A stretch of 64,000 nt of DNA, taken from Eledone cirrhosa (taxonomy: Eukaryota). The stretch lies in assembly GCA_964016885.1 (NCBI GenBank), contig OZ024740.1, positions 127,100,001 to 127,164,000 of the forward strand, written 5' to 3'. The notes below the pieces were generated by a model. That model was not told the origin of the DNA. It made no database searches and saw only the letters and a list, made by a program, of their open reading frames with translations. This document shows positions 58,081 through 64,000 of the stretch, in pieces. Position numbers and translations under genes: made by a program. How positions within the stretch are numbered: the stretch's first letter is position 1; every line of letters starts with the position of its first letter.

Positions 58081-58430
58081 ATCCGAAAACCTTGTATGTT
58101 AAATATATATATCAATATTTACAGACTGGTTAATTAAAAAAATATCAATGTATACATATATATATATATTAATACAAATATCAAAGTATACATATATATA
58201 TATATATATATATTAATACAAAAGCGACGTTTTGGCGGTGGCCAAGTTAACGAGATACAATTAGGTTTGTGCAAAGCACTCGATAAGTGTGTATCACCTT
58301 AGAGCAATTAACATACGTTAGATAGCGTGACAAATTGAAAACTGCGGTAAGCGGGCCGAGCCACATATTACACCAAAGCAAGGAAAATATATTCACGTTA
58401 GAAAAGATTCAGGGTATATATATATATATA

Positions 58431-59549
58431 TGAATAAATTTAGTCCTTCATCAGTGATCTTCCAACCATCATTGGTATTTCATCGCTTTAAAGAGCATAG
58501 ACCACCGGTTGGTGCGAGCAACGGCTAAAGAAAGTGGTTGGGACACGTAAATAAAGAGAAAGAGCGAGAGTCTAAACAAACAAAGATGGTAAAGCAGCGA
58601 AAAGTGAGGAAGAAAGAGTCCCAGATTTCCATGAATATAAGTTCGGTGAAATCGTGAACGAGAGAGAATAAAGACCATCAAACCTAGTCGAAATGTGAGC
58701 AAAGAAGGAATTCCGCACAGGTCAAACGGGAGGAAGAAGGACTCCAGTCCGTGAATTCGGTTAACATCAGTTCTGTGAAATCGTAGACGAAAGAGAGAAA
58801 AGGAGAACCAGCCTGGTCAAGCGTGCGAGAGAAAAGAATTACGGACAGGTCAAACGGGAGGAAGTAGGAGAGGTAGTGGCAGAGAGTGAGTGAGTGCAAG
58901 CTGGGGAAGAGGCTAACAGAGAGAGTGACTGTTAGAGAGGGTAAAAATACATAGAAAGAGGAAGCAGTAAGAACGAAATAGACGGGTCACAGCGGGGGGA
59001 AAATATATGTGTGAATATGAGAACAAACGTGCTGCGTGGTTGCAAATGGGTTACATATGAATAAAGTTAGTCCTTCATCAGTGATCTTCCAACCATCATT
59101 GGTATTTCATCGCTTTAAAGACCATATACCTCCGGTTGGTGCGAGCAACGGCTAAAGAAAGTCGTTGGGACACGTAAATAAGGGGAACGAGCGAGAGTGT
59201 AAACAAACAAAGATGGTAAAGCAACGAAAAGTGAGGAAGAAAGAGTCAAGTCCCAGATTTCTATGAATATGTGTTCGGTGAAATCGTGAATGAGAGAAAA
59301 TAAAGACCATCAAACCTAGTCGAAATGTGAGCAAGGAAGGAATTCCGCACAGGTCAAACGGGAGGAGGAAGGAGTCCAGTCCGTGAATTCGGTGAACATA
59401 AGTTCTGTGAAATCGTAGACGAGAGAGAGAAAAGGGGAATCAGTCTGGTCAAGCGTGCGAGAGAAAAGAATTAAGCTCAGATCAAACGGGAGGAAGTAGG
59501 AGAGGTATTGGCAGAGAGTGAGTGAGTGAAGGGTGAGGAAGAGGCTAGC

Positions 59550-59552
<3 letters not shown>
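58431..59552. mobile_element. Family K: 627-nt unit x1.8 direct tandem between (TA)n tracts
   Basis: The unit restarts at 59059. The copies differ by scattered substitutions and indels. Confidence 0.88.
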
Positions 59553-59609
<57 letters not shown>

Positions 59610-59679
59610 ATATATACATAGTAATAATAATAAATTTGAAGACTAAAATCTAAGAGAGATCGATAAGGATAAATATATT

Positions 59680-59948
59680 TCAAATATATAAGAACCATAG
59701 AGGAAATATTTATTAAAATAACAGATTAAAGTTTAAGCAATGAATCGCTGCTTTCACCCTTGACGGGATCTTCTGAAACTAAAAGCATCAATCTGTGAAC
59801 GCAGAAGTAAATATTTCGACAATCTGCGTTCAGAGATTGATTTTGTTAGTTTCAAAAGATCCCGTTAAGAGTGAAAGCAGCAATTATTTGCTTAAACTTT
59901 AATCTGTTATTTTAATAAATATTTCCTCTACGGTTCTTATATATTTGA
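59680..59948. mobile_element. Family L fold-back (arms about 59680-59805 and 59823-59948) with variant HHR
   Basis: Minus strand 59730-59780: AGTTT-CAGAAGA-TCCC(GTCAA)GGGT-GAAA-GCA(GCGATTCAT)TG-CTT-AAACT. Confidence 0.78.
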
Positions 59949-60049
59949 TATGTAGATAAATCTACCAAAATAAACGGTAGTGTCCAATCCGTATGAAGAT
60001 CTCAATGTAATCGAAATATAGAAGGTATCACGAACAGAGAAAATGCATT

Positions 60050-63000
60050 CAAAATTTAACGATAAAAATCATAGGAAAACAGAGTCAAGTTAAATTAATA
60101 AAAACAATGAAATAAAAACAAAGAACAGTTTCCTCATGTTAAAAAACATCATTTTACGATCGTTTCTGGGATATATATGTGTATGTTGGTATGTATATCA
60201 TATTAAAGATCTATGTAAATAATATTACAAATTATCAGAGGTAATATACATACCTCCACATATATGCCATCTTCAGAAATGGTGAAGTATGTTTATTGAA
60301 AGAAAGTATTAATACAAACATTATGTTTGGGGACAGGTTTTGAATTGATCAACAGTAAACAATTAGAAGTCAAATTGGTAGAATAACCGTAATAGAAACT
60401 TTATGCTAGGAGTGGAGGAATGTAAATGTATGCTTTGAATGAAAAGAATGGGGAAGAGAAAGGTAGGGGTTAAAATAAGGGCAAGTTAATGAGATAGGGA
60501 AGGATTCCACCAAACATTGATGTTTTTAAAGAATGTTGTTAAAAGCTTAAGGAACAGAATTTGTTTGTGTGATGAGAGTATTAGTGAGAAATACTACTCT
60601 TGTTTAAATTTTAAGGAACCTAGATACATAAAAGGAAATAAAATTAATTCATAAGGTATACTTACAGAGTTAAAATTATATTAATTATTATGGCTGTGAT
60701 AAATAAAGAAATAAAAAAGTAAAATTAAAAAAATAATTAATTATAGGTAAACAAAATTACAAATTTTTTTCAAAATTAATTATAATAATTTGTAAAATAT
60801 AAGAATGGTGTATATATTAATTAAGTTTATAGTATTTAAAGGTTTTTCTAATTCTATGATTGCATGATATAATTAATTTGTATCGCTTATTTAATAGGAT
60901 ATCATTAGATTTCTTGATTTCAAATAGTTCCTGGGAGCATACCCTACACTCATATCTACTATTTTGCTAAGGAGTGGCCCTTTTGAGTACGTTCCATGTC
61001 AGGTTGTAATCAATATCCTTTTTTCTATAATTATTAATTGCTTCAGCCATGGAGGGTGTATTAGCTAATGCGGCATTTTTAAAAATATGTTTGTGGGTAT
61101 TAAATCTTACTTTAAATTGGTTAGACGTAGCTCCTATATAGGATTGAGTGGAGTCCTTAGTGCTAACTACACATTTATAGACTATATTATTAATAAGACA
61201 ATTTCCCTTTAATGAGCAATTTATTTTGATTCTACAATTTCAGTCATTCGTAAATATTGTGTCAGGAGAGTTAATTGTGTTATCTATAGTGGTATTAGTG
61301 GTACTATGTTCATTAATGTATGGTTTAGAATGAGTTGTAATTAATTTAGTATGGTTAGACAGGTTGTTGGTGAGTGATAGCTTAGGGGGTGTGGAGCTAG
61401 TAGAACTCTGTTTGCTTTGGAAATTATTAGTCAAAGTTGGTGTGGAGTTTAGGTGAAGAAGAAGGTGGTTTGTTTAGGTTTACTTTAGTATTATTATGGT
61501 TGGTCTGATGTGTTGGTGGTATATTTATGGTTTTTTACACTTATATGTGTTGTACACACTTATATTGTGTTGTATATTCTTGGTAGTGGAGTAGGAAAAT
61601 TTGACAGTAGATCTATTAAAAAATTTGATGGTATTTACGGTTTGGTGGGAAATTTTTCTCTAGGATAGCATAGAATTTTTTTAGGGATATGATCTTTAAT
61701 CTGTAGATTCAATGGAGCATTATATCAAGTAACCCGTCTATTACGGTTTCGACATTGTTTCTTATAATTATATGATGTATCTGGAGTTTACTGAGAGAGT
61801 TACTATTAGTGATGTTATTATATATAGGTTTAGTTAGATCAATTGAAGTTTTAGTCTGAGTACTAGAAATTGTGTTAGTTATGTTGTGGACATATGTAAG
61901 AGTTTTAGGGTGAAGGGTTTTCTGAAAGTCATTATATTTTATGTGAGAAGAGGTAGCGATATTAAGTTTTGGGTTGGTGTTTTTAGGTGTAATATGAGTG
62001 GCGTTTAGATTTGACTTTTTGATTTGGTGTTTGTTGGTAATATTAGGTTGTATGTTTGAAATATTATTGGTGCAAGATATATAGACTAATTTGTTCTTAT
62101 GGCCGCTTCTAGCTAAAGCTTCATTATAAAAGGGCGCGTTTTTATCATCTTTTCCACACCTTAAAGGTGGTTTATATCGTGATGACTGTCTTCTTGTATC
62201 CACTAATCTTAGCCTATCGGAAATTGAAAGAAAGAAAAAACTTAGAACTTTCCTCAAAGACTATTATAATATCACTATTATATTTGAAAACACCAGTAAA
62301 ATAGTCAATTTCCTAGATATAACTATGGACTTATCTACAGGTGTCTACCAACCTTACCATAAACCTAACCAAAACTTGCATTACATACACTCACAATCTA
62401 ATCACCGTAAATCTATCCTTAAAAACCTAGCACTCAGAATCTCTAAACTTTCATCAAGTCATGATGTATTCGATTAAAACGCGCCCTTTATAATGAAGCT
62501 TTAATGAAAATAGTAACACTAATACCACTATAGATAACACCATTAACTCTCCTGACACAATATTTACGAATGGCTGTAATTGTAGAATCAAAAGAAATTG
62601 CCCATTAAAGGGAAATTGACTTATTAATAATATAGTCTATAAATGTGTAGTTATACTAAGGACTCCACTCAATCATATATAGTAGCTAAGTCTAACCAAT
62701 TTGAAGTAAGATTTAATACCCACAAACATAGTTTTAATAATGCCGCATTAGCTAATACAACCTCCATGGTTGAAGCAATTAATAATTATAGCAAAAAGGA
62801 TATTGATTACAACCTGATCAGGAGCGTGCTCAAAAGGGCCACTCCTTATCAAAATAGTAGATATGAGTGTAGGTTATGCTCCCAGGAACTATTTGAAATC
62901 ATGAAATATAATGATATCCTATTAAATAAACGGTAAATAAGCGACACGAATTAATTACATCATGCAATCATAGAATTAGAAAAACCTTTAAATACTATAA

Positions 63001-63761
63001 ACTTAATTAATATATACCGCGCTCATATATTTTACAAATTATTATAATTAATTTTAAAAAAGTTTTGTAATTTAGTTTACCTATAATTACATATTTACTA
63101 TAAAGAATTTCAGAATTCTATTTCCCTCTTGCAGCTCACTTTACCTAAAGTTATCTTTAACCTCGCTACTTCTTTTAACCGCATCCCCTATCTATACCAT
63201 TCAATACCTGGGATTAGTAAATATAATTAATTTATTTAATATTATGGTTGTTTTGATAGATACACTACGTTTTATAAAATTTCATCTATTTCTGTCTTTC
63301 TATATATATTTTTTATTTTTTTATTTTATTTTTTATTTCTTTATTTATCATAGCCATAACATTTAATATAATTTTAACTCTGTAAGTATACCTATCAATT
63401 AAGTTAATTTCCTTTTATGTATCTAGGTTCCTTAACATTTAAAGAGGAGTAGTATTTCTCACTAACACTCTCATCCAACAATCAAATTATTTTCCCTATG
63501 CTTTTAAAAACATTCTTTAATAACATCAATGTTTGGGCGGAATCCTTCACTATCTCATTAACTTGCCCTTATTTTAACCTCTACCTTTCTCTTCCCCATT
63601 CTTTTCATTCAAAGCATAAATTTACATTCCCCCACTCCTAGCATAAAGTCTCTACTACGGTTATTCTATCAATTTGACCTTTAACTCTTTTCTATTGGGC
63701 AATTCAAAAGCTGTTCCCAAACATACTTTTTGTATTAATACTTTCTTTCAATAAACATACT
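60050..63761. mobile_element. Large fold-back PLE: - arm (to about 62143) and + arm (about 62160-63761) of the same element
   Basis: + arm: GGLYRDDCLLV...VNFLDITMDLSTGVYQPYHKPN...SNH, and CNCRIKRNCPLKGN*LINNIVYKC...CRLCSQE. About 60286-61315 is the reverse complement of about 62505-63761. Confidence 0.9.
60150..60281 (-). ncRNA. Type I HHR with ~100-nt extended stem II
   Basis: CATTT-CTGAAGA-TGG(C)ATATATGTG...CACATATAT(ATC)CCA-GAAA-CGATC-GTA-AAATG. Palindrome ACGATCGT. Confidence 0.78.
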
Positions 63762-63782
63762 CTGACCAGTTCTAGTCCTATA

Positions 63783-63909
<127 letters not shown>

Positions 63910-64000
63910 TTGTGCGTGTTTTGCATTAAGAAAGAGAGAGTGACAGAGGAGATAGATGGAAAAAGAAAGAAAGATAAAATAATATAACGTTTTCGAGACT

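Noticed and set aside
61240-62619. In-frame TGA at conserved Cys codons of the GIY-YIG knuckle (61240-61242 minus; 62617-62619), suggesting selenocysteine
   Set aside because: Each TGA is TGT in the sister arm, both arms have other lesions, and I found no SECIS. Sec-encoding PLEs are described for N-terminal-endonuclease Naiads, whereas these have a C-terminal endonuclease.

Overview
This is AT-rich, microsatellite-laden eukaryotic intronic or intergenic DNA. The tRNA-derived SINEs resemble those I recall from Octopus, so the source is probably a cephalopod (inference). No intact host protein-coding gene is visible, and nearly all listed ORFs are microsatellite artefacts. The window is dominated by Penelope-like retroelements (PLEs): six decayed RT and/or C-terminal GIY-YIG fragments from at least three lineages, plus about ten non-coding families. 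Most of the non-coding families carry a type I hammerhead ribozyme (HHR) that can be folded by eye. One architecture recurs: 430-630 nt units, usually with one HHR each, in tandem arrays of about 1.1-2.7 copies, often switching into an inverted arm so that both 3' ends point outward into (TA)n tracts. The HHR cores include canonical CUGANGA, a compensatory U3-A8 variant (UUGAUAA) in two unrelated families, and position-4 variants. The best candidate system is a retrozyme-like, possibly circular-RNA, set of PLE-mobilised ribozyme elements inserting by double-ended priming in TA microsatellites. All pairings and translations were done by hand; boundaries are approximate.
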